Sequence record: NC_048170.1
Source of the DNA: Escherichia phage vB_EcoM_Goslar
DNA: 64,000 bases
Reading direction: 5' to 3' (one strand)
The notes below the pieces were generated by a model, which saw only the letters and a list, made by a program, of their open reading frames with translations, did not search any database and was not told where the DNA came from. Numbering within the stretch: the first letter of the stretch is position 1; every line of letters starts with the position of its first letter. Shown piece by piece: positions 8,031 to 18,948 of the stretch. The position numbers and the translations under genes were made by a program.

Positions 8031-10823
8031 TTATCTTACGTTATTGCTATTCTGCTGTTCGCTGAACCAGCCATACACCTTGAGATCGGTACCGTATTTC
8101 AATGCGATATACGCATTCAGCGCAGCGCAGAACAAAGACGCGAATGCCCATATCAGCGAAGGATCGACGTCTTCCGTTACCACTGGGAGAGTATTATCCG
8201 GTTCCCATGATGGTGAACTGTCCATGAACGTCGCGTACCATCCCCGCCGTTGTTCTTCGGTGGTAAAGTCGCTATGGGGTTCCAATGCTTCTTTTGCCAG
8301 ACGTCGATATTCGAACATATGCGTTGCTAAAGCCGATGAGTTACCAGATTCGCCCTCATAGTTCGGATCCACCGCATAACAGAGTTCTGTTGAATCTAAC
8401 AAAGCAACCGCCTGTGTGATGCTGTCGGCAGTGCCTGCACCATAGAGCTCGATAGACCGCGAAAGCTTTTCACAGAACGCATTTAACGCGGAAGGATTGG
8501 ACACCTGAAGGTCAAGGCCTAATGTCCACGGATAGTTACTGAATACACCCGTAAACCGTGGCATAACACCCAACAGATGCTGTCCGATTACGGCACGGTT
8601 ATAAACAGCCCTGTTATAGACTTGAAGCGCGGCCTCCAGGGCTTGGTTATAATGACGACGAAGCTCGTCACGAGAGTTGCGGAACCTGTTTGCCGCAAGA
8701 CTTGTGGCTGCGACGCTACAAACATCGTAATTGGTGGACGAGAGCACAACCTCGTTAAGATCGAACGCTTCCTGTTTCAATGTTCCGCTAACAGCCGCTG
8801 CTTCGCTGTTCGCTTTATCGACAACTGTACTCAAAGCGTTAATATAACGTTTAGCTCGGACCTCCAACCATTGTGCGATACCGAGAATATCCACCGCAGC
8901 TTTAGCAAGATCACGTGCATTCACGATTTCGTTCTTCAATGCCCCTAAACCTTTATTTTCAGGCGATGAGGCTTGTTGACGAATCATGCTGTTCAACATG
9001 GTAAGCAGATTATCCAACTCATGTCCGCTGACCTTGTTACGTGCATCGGTAATCGGCCCTTGCAGGAATTTACGGCAACCGTCGTTGTATCGAATCAGTT
9101 TATCCACATCGATAGATTCGTTCGTGGATTCCTTGAACTGATCCTTCAATTCTTCACGGTAATCATGGATTTCACTTGCGAGATTATCGATAGTGATACC
9201 ATCATGTCCAAGAAGAACTTTATTGAAGTTACCTTTCTCGAATGCAAGAGTAAGACCTTCACGAATCTTAGCGAGTTTGTCCTGATCAAGTTCACGACCG
9301 TTCGATAGCTCTTTCACTTCCGAGCTGATTAATGCCGAAACGTTACCCAGATTGTCGGTAACCCCTTTGAACGCTCCCGACCAGATCGTTCCTGCTTCAG
9401 CATATTTCGCAATGGTCTGAATACCGACGGTATGTAACGATGCTAAGCGTTTCTTCGTGCCTTCGGTAAGCAGTGCGTCTTTAGCTCGCGTAAGCTGACT
9501 GTTATTAGCTTCCGCCTGCTGAATCGCTGCTTTCGCACTTCCATTACGCCAGCTCTTAACCAGCCAATCAACCAAACGTTTTAGGATATTGACGGTGTAT
9601 TCCATTGTCCGCCGTAACGTTTCCCACGCGCTTTCTGCGGTATAGATGCCGTACCCTTCCATCTTCGTTGGGTCAAAGAAACCTTCCTGCACGAGATCGG
9701 TACGTGTGTAGCCATCAGCAGCTTCTACTTCCGCCTGGGTTTTATCCCAGAAGTCGTCGCTCTTTGCAGCAATCGCTGTATCTTTAACGTCCAGGATGAT
9801 CTGACCAACCGTTTGTGCAAACAGCAAGGCTGCACGTACCGATTGTGCGAACATCCGCTGATATTTGATTCGAACGCATTGCATCTGGGTTAGCAGATTC
9901 AGTTGTGCGATCCCATCCAAGGTGCTATCCTGAGCAAGTCCTTCGGCTTTAGCGATAACCTGTTTTACACGTTCAGCGACATCACCGTACTGCTGGCAAA
10001 CATCCCGCAGAATACGTGCCGCGAAGACCCCGGTACCGATATAGTTCAATAGGTCTTTTAACGACCATTCGGTCGGACAATCGGTCGGCGCAATAGGGAG
10101 TAAGCAACCATCACCGTCCATGAATCTCTCTAATGCGCTAATATCCTGATTTTCTACGCTCATGGGGATATCGACATCAGCCGCTTGCAGATCCAGCATC
10201 TGTTGTAGGATGTTGGTATCGGCTTGTACAAGCGTCGCAAGCGCTTGGCTGTGTGCGATTATTGGTAACGCAGGTGACCATACTGCAGCAAGCTTGTCGG
10301 CGTGACGTTGAATGGCATACCCCATATCCTCGATCACATCGGGATGCTCGATAACCCCCTGAAGCGTTTGATGTAGCTCACCGAGTTGCTGAGACAGATC
10401 GACCATCATGGTGTTGAAGGTTTCGTCATCCTCTTTGTGGTTGTCCAGACGCTCGAGTTCATGTCGAAGCAATGTAACGAGCTGTCCGTTGCCTTCTTGC
10501 TTCAGCTTGCTTTCCATTAACGTAATGGCTTTATCGACGATCTGACACGCTTCACGAAAACCGGTTGTGGAAGGAAGCTCTGTCCATAACGCCAGCGGTT
10601 TACCGTCAAGGGCTTCCGGCATCGATAACGAAAGCATAGACAGTTGTTGACGTGATACTTGCTGTTCACGGTGTAATGTTTCTTTTAACGCCAGGAGATC
10701 GTCAAGAAACGCGCCGTTAAGGGTGGTCGTACGTGGTGTTGAATTAATACCGTCAGTTAACGATTCAAGCACCAGGAGACCGTTATCAGCTGAAGAGAGT
10801 CCCGCGGCAAGATATTTGTTCAT
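8031..10823 (-). CDS. Large hypothetical protein (930 aa)
   Basis: ORF track; start MNKYLAAG sits 12 nt downstream of a hairpin. Confidence 0.85.
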   Translation of the reverse strand: MNKYLAAGLSSADNGLLVLESLTDGINSTPRTTTLNGAFLDDLLALKETLHREQQVSRQQLSMLSLSMPEALDGKPLALWTELPSTTGFREACQIVDKAITLMESKLKQEGNGQLVTLLRHELERLDNHKEDDETFNTMMVDLSQQLGELHQTLQGVIEHPDVIEDMGYAIQRHADKLAAVWSPALPIIAHSQALATLVQADTNILQQMLDLQAADVDIPMSVENQDISALERFMDGDGCLLPIAPTDCPTEWSLKDLLNYIGTGVFAARILRDVCQQYGDVAERVKQVIAKAEGLAQDSTLDGIAQLNLLTQMQCVRIKYQRMFAQSVRAALLFAQTVGQIILDVKDTAIAAKSDDFWDKTQAEVEAADGYTRTDLVQEGFFDPTKMEGYGIYTAESAWETLRRTMEYTVNILKRLVDWLVKSWRNGSAKAAIQQAEANNSQLTRAKDALLTEGTKKRLASLHTVGIQTIAKYAEAGTIWSGAFKGVTDNLGNVSALISSEVKELSNGRELDQDKLAKIREGLTLAFEKGNFNKVLLGHDGITIDNLASEIHDYREELKDQFKESTNESIDVDKLIRYNDGCRKFLQGPITDARNKVSGHELDNLLTMLNSMIRQQASSPENKGLGALKNEIVNARDLAKAAVDILGIAQWLEVRAKRYINALSTVVDKANSEAAAVSGTLKQEAFDLNEVVLSSTNYDVCSVAATSLAANRFRNSRDELRRHYNQALEAALQVYNRAVYNRAVIGQHLLGVMPRFTGVFSNYPWTLGLDLQVSNPSALNAFCEKLSRSIELYGAGTADSITQAVALLDSTELCYAVDPNYEGESGNSSALATHMFEYRRLAKEALEPHSDFTTEEQRRGWYATFMDSSPSWEPDNTLPVVTEDVDPSLIWAFASLFCAALNAYIALKYGTDLKVYGWFSEQQNSNNVR

Positions 10824-10838
10824 AAAACACTCCGTTGG

Positions 10839-10869
10839 CCTAGGGGAAGGTTTTCAGCCTTCCCCTAGG
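10839..10869 (-). terminator. Stem-loop (CCTAGGGGAAGG / CCTTCCCCTAGG) between tandem minus-strand genes; terminator or attenuator
   Basis: 12-bp perfect inverted repeat; followed on the minus strand by GTTTTAT and then the next start codon. Confidence 0.5.
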
Positions 10870-10882
10870 GTTATAAACACAA

Positions 10883-13687
10883 TTAAGCTAATTTACCGAA
10901 ACCGGCTTTCTGCAGTTTCTCGTTGATGATTTTCGCTTCAGCGAAGACGTAATCGCGGTAGGCGGTCACTAACGCATCCACACGTGAACGCAAGGCTTCT
11001 TCGAAGCTATACCACGCAGCGATTTCACGAATCTGTGCGTTGATATAATCAACGGTTGAGCGAAGCTCGGTTGCGTTTTCCTGCGGGATGGCTTTCACCT
11101 GGCGAGCAACGTCATTTAAACGACGGAACTGTGTTTCGATTTCTTTAAACTTATTGTCGGCAAGTTTGCTGAATTCGTCACCAGAACGGGTAAATAACAG
11201 ATAGCTGTTGCCATCAAGTGCGGTCGCTAACTGCTGAAGTACGTTGGTGTCCGGATACACAGGAGTACCGCTTTGCAGTACCTTCTCACCGAATTCCGCG
11301 AAGTCCTTCGGTGGTAAGTGCGCAGACGTTGTCAACTCGTTGAAACGGAAAGTCAGCGAACTATCATACAACATCCGGTACGCTTCCATACCCTGCTTCA
11401 TGGTGCCAGCCAGGTTGGCCAGACGCGGAGCAATCTCACCCTCTTTAGCGCGTTTCTGGTCTTCTAACGCCCCTTCGAGTTCTTTACACTGGTCGTTCAG
11501 ATACACGATACGATCGGGACGCAGACGACGCATCTCACGAAGAATGGTATCCAGCTTACCTTCCTGGAAATAACCTAGCGTTAAAGACGTACACGCTTGC
11601 TGAAGACGATCGAACACCGGTAAGGTTACCATCTCCTTACGGATACCATCAACAATCGCAGAAACAGCCGAAAGTTTCTGTTCTGTCGTTAATGGAACAT
11701 CAGAGACCGACTTGCTGGGCGCACCAACAACGTTACGCATTGCGTCGGTATCCTCGGTTTTATCAACCTCTTTACGAACATGCTCATCAGGAACATAAAC
11801 GTTCGCATTACGTTTCGCCTGCTTGATGGCATCGTTGGCCGCTTTTTCGGTGGCTGCTACGCTATCGGCACGTTTCTTCAAGAGTTCAATAATCCAGAGC
11901 ACCAGACGACGAATCGCAGTATAGGCCGTCGTGATGATGACACCGATAACAGCCATCTTCATGATACCGAACGATTCCATGGTCGGCTCTAATGCCTGGT
12001 CTGGCATATAGCGTTCACGCAGCTCCAGATAGATCTGCTCATCCGGTTTGCTGATCTCGCCACGATGCGAAGTCCGATAGATGGCTTCGTCAATCTCAAC
12101 AAGATCTTTGCGTGCCTGACGGTCTGTTTCGGTCAAATAAGCGCAGCCGGATACGTCGTCTTCAAAACTTTCGAACTTAAAGAAATCGACAACCATCTTG
12201 GCAAGCGCCTCTTTCTTAGCAGGATCGAGTGTCTTCGCATCTTCTTTTTGCTTATCCATTTTTTCCTTGAATTTCTCTTTGTAGTCATTCAAGGGTTTTA
12301 CCGCTCTTGCTTTCAACGCGTTATAGATAGCTTTCCACTCATCGTTACGTTCGAGGACAATGAAATGGTTTTTGAGTTCGAAAGCGCGATAGCGTGCAAC
12401 GAGCTGTTCTACCTGAATATGAGCGAGTTGGATATCCATTAACCAACGCGACATCGCCGAGATCAAACGGCTATAAGCGAACAACGTTTGGTAGGTTAAC
12501 TTCATGTATGTTTCATACAGCTCAATATCGCCGCTCTGAATATTGGCTGTTGGATTCATTTCCTTTGTTGCCTTGAAGACCTGTTCTGCTTCTCTCAGCG
12601 TCTTTTCGAACTTAACGTCATTAAACGCAGTGAATGGTTCAGCCAACTCATGCATTTTATCGTGGAGTTCGCGGATCCAAGCTTCCTTGCTGTCGCGGAT
12701 GGTGTTTTCATCATGGAGCACGGTTTGATGTTTTCGTACCCATTCTTCCACGATATCAGCAGCGGAAACAATCGGAACGCGATCTGAAATGAGCGGGACG
12801 ATCGTGTGAAGCGCCCCGACACATTCTGGCGTGTCCCAGTGTTTCTGGAGTTCATCACGGAAACGGTTAATGTTTTCTAAGGTGGTACCTAAATCAAGGA
12901 AAGTGCCGCCATTATGACTCATCTGTGCAACCAGATCGGCAAATACCTTTTGTTTTTCGATGACAAAAGGAACCATCCGCATAAGCCATTCAGCAGTTGC
13001 TTTAGCCTTTTCTTTCAGGTTCTTATCGGCGATTTCTTTAAGGTTAATCGCGCTACCGTATCCTGCAAGTTCGTTGTAGACGTCGTTAACCGTCATCTCT
13101 TTATCCAACATTTCTTTGAAACGTGGATAATCTGCACCTAACGCGTCGATGACTTCTTGGATGATGTCGTCTGTGGTAGCGATAAATTTATTTGTGCCGC
13201 CGTAATGGTTCCAGATTTTCTGTAGCGTCTTCTTAAAGAATTCGAAGACGAATGTCCAGATACGCTTAATGAGTTCCCAGACTTTCTTCGCACCATCGAC
13301 AAACAGTTTAGAGACTTTGGCAACGAATCCTTCCTGCACCAACTCAACGCCGTTACGTGATGGAATTTCGGTGAAGAAAGCATCTGGCAGTTGTTTCGGG
13401 AACGCGTCACCAAGACGCATACGCAATTCGGGTACATCGGCACGAGAAATACCGCGCGTCGTTAACTGCTCGTGAAGACGAACGTTTTCTTCACCAGAGG
13501 CTACGAATTCGTTAACGTCAAATGACACCAGTTCTTGATCTTCGGTGGTGACGACGCTTGAACCATCACTGGTTTGGATGTCTTCGTCAGGGAATGCCAT
13601 GAGCATACCGTGACGCATTTCAACCACTCCGTAATCGGTTGCTAAACCGAATTCGTTGTGATCGGGGGTAATAACTGGGATACTCAT
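10883..13687 (-). CDS. Large hypothetical protein (934 aa), helical/charged, one hydrophobic segment
   Basis: ORF track. Confidence 0.85.
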   Translation of the reverse strand: MSIPVITPDHNEFGLATDYGVVEMRHGMLMAFPDEDIQTSDGSSVVTTEDQELVSFDVNEFVASGEENVRLHEQLTTRGISRADVPELRMRLGDAFPKQLPDAFFTEIPSRNGVELVQEGFVAKVSKLFVDGAKKVWELIKRIWTFVFEFFKKTLQKIWNHYGGTNKFIATTDDIIQEVIDALGADYPRFKEMLDKEMTVNDVYNELAGYGSAINLKEIADKNLKEKAKATAEWLMRMVPFVIEKQKVFADLVAQMSHNGGTFLDLGTTLENINRFRDELQKHWDTPECVGALHTIVPLISDRVPIVSAADIVEEWVRKHQTVLHDENTIRDSKEAWIRELHDKMHELAEPFTAFNDVKFEKTLREAEQVFKATKEMNPTANIQSGDIELYETYMKLTYQTLFAYSRLISAMSRWLMDIQLAHIQVEQLVARYRAFELKNHFIVLERNDEWKAIYNALKARAVKPLNDYKEKFKEKMDKQKEDAKTLDPAKKEALAKMVVDFFKFESFEDDVSGCAYLTETDRQARKDLVEIDEAIYRTSHRGEISKPDEQIYLELRERYMPDQALEPTMESFGIMKMAVIGVIITTAYTAIRRLVLWIIELLKKRADSVAATEKAANDAIKQAKRNANVYVPDEHVRKEVDKTEDTDAMRNVVGAPSKSVSDVPLTTEQKLSAVSAIVDGIRKEMVTLPVFDRLQQACTSLTLGYFQEGKLDTILREMRRLRPDRIVYLNDQCKELEGALEDQKRAKEGEIAPRLANLAGTMKQGMEAYRMLYDSSLTFRFNELTTSAHLPPKDFAEFGEKVLQSGTPVYPDTNVLQQLATALDGNSYLLFTRSGDEFSKLADNKFKEIETQFRRLNDVARQVKAIPQENATELRSTVDYINAQIREIAAWYSFEEALRSRVDALVTAYRDYVFAEAKIINEKLQKAGFGKLA

Positions 13688-14124
13688 GCATTCTCTCCTT
13701 GCAGTGCGTTAGCGAAAGCTGTTGCGAGCTGCGCAACCAGTTTCGGATCAACGCCTTCGATAACGTCAGGCAGCCCTGCGGTTTCTTGGTCACGAACAGC
13801 GGAGGCTAATAACAGCATGGTTTCAGGCGCGGTTGGCTCATGCACCATGCGGTAACGCAGGCACCAGAAGTAGCGGGCAACGTCTAACGCATCAGCCAGC
13901 CCAATAACCAGCACCTTGTTCAGTTTATCCAACCCGTCACGGATTTTAGGGAGATGTTCACGAACGAAGATGCTATCCGCAGTCAGATCTTCTTTTTCAG
14001 CGAATACCGGCATGCTGTAACCGGCGATGTAACCTGCGGCAATACTTAACGCGCGGGTCTGTTGTTCGGCTGGGAAGTCACGTACCAGGTCTTTCAGCTG
14101 AACGGCGAAATCAGAAATATTCAT
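13684..14124 (-). CDS. Hypothetical protein (146 aa)
   Basis: ORF track; 4-nt overlap with downstream gene. Confidence 0.75.
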   Translation of the reverse strand: MNISDFAVQLKDLVRDFPAEQQTRALSIAAGYIAGYSMPVFAEKEDLTADSIFVREHLPKIRDGLDKLNKVLVIGLADALDVARYFWCLRYRMVHEPTAPETMLLLASAVRDQETAGLPDVIEGVDPKLVAQLATAFANALQGENA

Positions 14125-14157
14125 GTTAAATTCCTTTATAGTAAAAAATAGAAGAGA

Positions 14158-15468
14158 TTAGGCGATAATGGAATCAAGAGTCGCTGCTGTTTTGAACAGA
14201 TCGCTGTTCATTGTAGAAGAAAGGACTTGCTGAATTTCTTCCTGTTTAACGGCTTTACGAACTCCAGGACGAAGGATAAGCGTAACCATCTGCATAAATG
14301 TACGGTTGTTGTTCATCGCGCTTAACGTTTCATCAATTGTTTTGATGGTATCTAACGTAGTGGAGCGTATGTCGCTAGGGAGGTCACGATCTTTCAGACG
14401 TATAATCAAATCTTGTTTGATTTTTCTGAATCGTTCCATATCGTTGTCATAGATGCTGTATGTCGGATCTAACCAAACTGCAAGCGCCATAGCAGCAACA
14501 AATATTGCCATACCAAGAATATTAACCGAGGTGAAGCTGATCGCTATCAAAATTGTCACGGCTGCATCTTTAATGAAGGAGAGCCAGAACATCGTTTTGG
14601 ACTTCATGGAGTTGGTGCCATAAAGCCGAAACATTTTAGCAAGCCCGCTAACGAGATACTCCCCACTGCCGTGACGTGTAGCGAACTGATCGGCCATGAA
14701 TTCGGAAGCAACGTCGGTATATCGTCCAGCGTTGTTTACATTTCTTAACTGCATCGCTTTGTTAGACACGTAAACCGTGTACCAGACACTACCATCGTCT
14801 GAATCACTGATTTTATTTACGTCGACGTTAGTATCTAGCGTTTTGTTTAACGCTTTCGCCAGTTCGATACGTTTTACCTTATCGGTTGTTCCCAACAGTT
14901 CGCGCTGCACGGTCATGATTGAGGCTTCGACACGAACCGTTTCCGACAATGTTTCAAGGAAAGTAAACGCATGACCGATTTCATGCAGCATTATGGCTGC
15001 TTTTTCTTCCGGAAGAAAGGGTTCTGTCGCTGTTAGCAATTCATACGTGATGGCAGAACGAATCTTCAACTCCTCAAAAATACCGTAAACGCGACCTTTT
15101 TCTAAATCGACGTAACCGACAGGTGCATCTTTAATCTTCTTAAGAAGTGCGACACCATCGACACCACGCATCCATAATCGATGATAGTCTGCCAATATCG
15201 CGTTGTTTGTTGAAATATCCGGCGGGTACACGTAGGCATTCATCTGGCCCATTTTCACGTCAACCGAAAATTCGATGTTCAACCCCGTATAGCGTTTAAC
15301 CATCTCGGTTAAACGACCGTCCTTGAAAACGTTTAAAACCTCTTTTTTATCCAGTCCCTGTTTGCTTCTGAAGAACTCGGTCATTTCCTTGAACAAGGAA
15401 CCATCCTGAAACTTGATGGCCTCCATCGTTAATTCGTCATGACCATACACGCGTTGTAGTAATGACAT
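14158..15468 (-). CDS. Putative membrane-anchored zinc metallopeptidase (M48/M56-like HExxH ... ExxADxxA)
   Basis: HEIGH motif, downstream EFMADQFA motif, hydrophobic helices about residues 285-330. Confidence 0.55.
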   Translation of the reverse strand: MSLLQRVYGHDELTMEAIKFQDGSLFKEMTEFFRSKQGLDKKEVLNVFKDGRLTEMVKRYTGLNIEFSVDVKMGQMNAYVYPPDISTNNAILADYHRLWMRGVDGVALLKKIKDAPVGYVDLEKGRVYGIFEELKIRSAITYELLTATEPFLPEEKAAIMLHEIGHAFTFLETLSETVRVEASIMTVQRELLGTTDKVKRIELAKALNKTLDTNVDVNKISDSDDGSVWYTVYVSNKAMQLRNVNNAGRYTDVASEFMADQFATRHGSGEYLVSGLAKMFRLYGTNSMKSKTMFWLSFIKDAAVTILIAISFTSVNILGMAIFVAAMALAVWLDPTYSIYDNDMERFRKIKQDLIIRLKDRDLPSDIRSTTLDTIKTIDETLSAMNNNRTFMQMVTLILRPGVRKAVKQEEIQQVLSSTMNSDLFKTAATLDSIIA

Positions 15469-15689
15469 TGTACACTCTCTAAATTTACGTAAATTTAAGG
15501 GCTAATGGATCGGCTGGCCGCACCAATCACAATGTGTCCGCTGCTATGCAACGGCATTCATAGAAATACCTTTTGACGGTAACATCACCCATCACACCCC
15601 AAGCAATAAGAGTGGTCGGTTAAAAACAACAGAACGTGAGGATGATATAGAAATTCACCTTTTAACACCTATTACGAGTTTATCAAGCC

Positions 15690-17189
15690 ATGAGCGAACA
15701 AGAACGAAAACCTAAGAAGAAACTGCTCGGTATTCAATGTCGACACATCAGCTATAACGAAGCGAACGATGGCAGCAAGAACGACCTCATGATCGCAAAA
15801 GAGATCATGTTCTTTGATGATAATACGCAAGCGACGAACCTTCGCTTCTTTGAGAATTACAAACGTCCGTTTTGGGTGACAGTAGAGAGTAAACGTAAGA
15901 ACAAATATAAAAAGGAAAGCGAGAAGCTGTCACATGTGCGACGCTACGATGTCCGTCAAAGTGAACTGGTTGAAAAGATCAGTTCGGTGCTTTATAAAAG
16001 ACGTGCCGATGATAACACCCGTTTACAGCAGCTTGCACGGAGTCCATACCTCTATGGAACGGACGTTAGCGCCAGCTGTTATTTAAAAACCCAATACAAT
16101 ACAAAATGGCCGGAATACGTCGATAAATTACCCGCTTCTATCGCCTGTTTCGATATCGAAACTGACGTTGTCCATGGACACGGTAAGATCGTCTGTATGT
16201 CTATTACAATGGGATACAATGCGATACTTTGCTATACCAAGGACTTCGTTGGTCATATTCCGAATGCGATTGAGAAAACTCATGAGAAGATTCGATATTA
16301 TCTGGCCGAACGTCTGAATACCAAAGAAGATCCTCACGCGTTCGAAAAATATCATTACGATGTGCGAATCGTAGAAAGTCCGGCACAAGCGGTCATCCAA
16401 TGCATGCAAAAGGTTCACGAATGGCAGCCGGATTATCTCCTCGGCTGGAATATCGCGTTCGATATTCCGCGCATGCTCCAGGCACTGAACGAGGAAGGGT
16501 ATCGTCCCGAGGATGTTTTCTCCGATCCTCGTGTACCACCTAAATATCGTATTGCTCGCTGGGTACCACCGAAGACCGACAAGGTATCTGCTTCAGGTCG
16601 TAAAACCAACCTTACCCTCGAGCAGACCTGGCCGATGTTTTATACGATGGCTACGTATCAGGTTATGGATGCGATGTGTGGCTATAAGTTCGTTCGTTTA
16701 GGAAGACCGGATGAAGGACGCTATTCACTCGATGCGGTATTAGAGCGAAATAAATGCCATACGAAATTAAAAGCGATTCCTGGTACAGAAGGGTTCACGG
16801 AGCTTGCGTGGCACGAAGAAATGCAAACGAACCATCAAATCGACTACGGCGTATATAACCTTTGGGATAACCAAGGCATCGAGGCGTTGGACCAGAAAAC
16901 AAAAGACTATTCGATGACCATCCCTATCCGTTTAGCGGCGTCGGATTTGAAAGATTTCAGTTCTAACCCTAAACGTATCTGCGATAAACTTTTCTTCGTT
17001 TATCTTAACCGTGGGGAAGTCATGGGATGCACCGCCGACGACATGACCCAGGAAGAAGATAAGTGGGTTATCTCACGAACCGGACATATCGTCACATTAC
17101 CATGCGATCTCATGGCGGACAACGGCATTCATCTCTTCTGGGATATGCCTAATTTAAGGAGCTATATTCGATTATTTGTTGCGGATTAA
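15690..17189 (+). CDS. Family B DNA polymerase (E. coli Pol II-like) 3'-5' exonuclease domain; ORF ends before the polymerase palm motifs
   Basis: Exo I CFDIETD, Exo II GWNIAFDIPRML, Exo III YNLWD in canonical order and spacing; no motif A/B/C in this ORF. Confidence 0.7.
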   Translation: MSEQERKPKKKLLGIQCRHISYNEANDGSKNDLMIAKEIMFFDDNTQATNLRFFENYKRPFWVTVESKRKNKYKKESEKLSHVRRYDVRQSELVEKISSVLYKRRADDNTRLQQLARSPYLYGTDVSASCYLKTQYNTKWPEYVDKLPASIACFDIETDVVHGHGKIVCMSITMGYNAILCYTKDFVGHIPNAIEKTHEKIRYYLAERLNTKEDPHAFEKYHYDVRIVESPAQAVIQCMQKVHEWQPDYLLGWNIAFDIPRMLQALNEEGYRPEDVFSDPRVPPKYRIARWVPPKTDKVSASGRKTNLTLEQTWPMFYTMATYQVMDAMCGYKFVRLGRPDEGRYSLDAVLERNKCHTKLKAIPGTEGFTELAWHEEMQTNHQIDYGVYNLWDNQGIEALDQKTKDYSMTIPIRLAASDLKDFSSNPKRICDKLFFVYLNRGEVMGCTADDMTQEEDKWVISRTGHIVTLPCDLMADNGIHLFWDMPNLRSYIRLFVAD

Positions 17190-17257
17190 CCTTCGTTCTG
17201 TAAAAGTTTACTTCATGTAAGAATCGTGTGCGGCATAAGAGAGGCCGATACATCTAG

Positions 17258-18469
17258 ATGTTACATGAGGTTTACGAGATGGAAAAATCTATACATACTC
17301 AAACTGGAACTATTGACTATCGCGATTCAGCATATTTGCCGTACACAAATCATCGTTATCGTATATTTGAAGATGGCGAGTTGTACGACTATAAAGAAGA
17401 TAGGGTCGTCCCTTACGAAGTTGTAGACGGTGTCCCTTATGTTGAAATCGATTGGTATAGAGGCATTGGAAAATACGATCTCGGTATGATCATTCTCACC
17501 GTTCTTGAACGGGTTGCTTTACCAGATCACCTTTACGATGAAATTGAATCGTTGTTTGTGGACGGAGATCCGACTAACTTTTCGTATAGCAATCACATCT
17601 ACCGTTTCCGTAATGGGCCGTTAGAAGTTGAGGGATTCGAAGGTTATTGTTATATTCCGTTTGCATCTCGTTACGCGATAAATAAAGAAGGACATTGTAT
17701 TAGTCTTCTTTCGTTGGATCCTATCACGTGGACGAAAACGGTTCAGCAAGGCACACGTCTTGGCGGATACGCTTATCGTAAAGTGGTTCCCGACAGCGGG
17801 TTTACACCGCAGTTATATCGTCACCGAGCTATCATGTTAGCGTTTACGAGATATGATGCTAACGTTGTGAACTTAACTGTAAATCATAAAAACGGAATTA
17901 AAGGTGACGATTGGTTTGACAACCTCGAATGGGCGACATATGCCGAGAACAATCAACATGCTCGTATGGCAGGGTTGTGTATAGGTACGTCAAAACCTGT
18001 TTTGGTTTATGATTACCGTGCACGAATCGAACGTCGTTTTAATAGTATCGCAGAAGCGGAACGTGCTTATCCGTACGTGCCGAAAGGACGTTTCAAATGG
18101 TGGGTAAACAATCCTCCGAAACGTATCCCAGAATGCGATTTATACATCAAGTTTGCCACGGACAATACGCCTTGGCCGGAGTGGAAACTTGGAGAAGATC
18201 GTCGTGTCGAGGACACCGACGGTCGCGGTATTCTCGCTATTAATAAAGAGACGAACGAACGACATGTGTTTCCATCAGTAACTGCTGCCGCAAATGCGTT
18301 AGGAATCTCCTGGATTACCGTAAGACGTCATTGCGATCGTCGTGCAGTACCTACGAAACAGCCTTGGTGTTTTCGTTACGCTGATGATATCGCTGCCATG
18401 CCTGATTTCGATGTTAATAAATTAGTTCCTAAGAAGAAGCGTGTATTTAATGTCCCATTAGAACGATAA
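17258..18469 (+). CDS. HNH homing endonuclease (403 aa)
   Basis: HNH motif LTVNHKNGIKGDDWFDNLEWATYAENNQHA; AGAGAGG RBS; location between polymerase gene segments. Confidence 0.8.
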   Translation: MLHEVYEMEKSIHTQTGTIDYRDSAYLPYTNHRYRIFEDGELYDYKEDRVVPYEVVDGVPYVEIDWYRGIGKYDLGMIILTVLERVALPDHLYDEIESLFVDGDPTNFSYSNHIYRFRNGPLEVEGFEGYCYIPFASRYAINKEGHCISLLSLDPITWTKTVQQGTRLGGYAYRKVVPDSGFTPQLYRHRAIMLAFTRYDANVVNLTVNHKNGIKGDDWFDNLEWATYAENNQHARMAGLCIGTSKPVLVYDYRARIERRFNSIAEAERAYPYVPKGRFKWWVNNPPKRIPECDLYIKFATDNTPWPEWKLGEDRRVEDTDGRGILAINKETNERHVFPSVTAAANALGISWITVRRHCDRRAVPTKQPWCFRYADDIAAMPDFDVNKLVPKKKRVFNVPLER

Positions 18470-18504
18470 CAGGTCCCCCTACTTGTAATGAGTGGGTGAA
18501 CTCT

Positions 18505-18905
18505 CTTTAATTGCTGGAAACCTTTAATGCCCCTCCACACCACAACGCAATCCGAAAGGGTAAACGTGATGGTTGTCGAAAGACAGAAAAAAGTTGGAGG
18601 GGATTACCTATGTTGCAATAAAAGCCACCGCTTTCTTGGATAACGAAAGATGACGGTGGTACTAAGGGTAGAAGATAGAAATAAGGTAACCGTAGCAGCG
18701 AAGACCCTACGGACTGTCGTGACCGACTCGATGAGTTGGCGTGGTTAACACGGACAGGCTACGGGTAACGTTCAACGACCATCCGGTTGCGCGGAGTAGG
18801 AGAATTAGGATGTTCTCTGAAAAGGGAGAAGTCGGTCGAGGTGTTGTAGAAACACCATTCGGTTTGCTAACGCAAACCTAAGGCAGGCTAAGATATGGTC
18901 TATTT
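18505..18905 (+). ncRNA. Candidate group I intron catalytic core (P-, Q-, R-, S-like elements)
   Basis: R-like GTTCAACGACCA (~18770) and S-like AAGATATGGTC (~18890) with a compensatory P7 pair (GACCA/UGGUC versus consensus GACUA/UAGUC); P-like AATTGCTGGAAA (~18509); Q-like AACCGTAGCAGC (~18687); several hairpins; no ORF on either strand. Confidence 0.5.
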
Positions 18906-18948
18906 TTCGTTGTGTTCATGTATAGAAATTACTGAACCATCGTAAGAG

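Larger units (their letters stand above)
17187..18948 (+). mobile_element. Candidate group I intron carrying an HNH homing-endonuclease ORF; boundaries approximate and hypothetical
   Basis: HEG ORF directly after the polB exo ORF, followed by ~480 nt with no ORF that contains group I core-like elements, then a start-less open frame. Confidence 0.45.
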
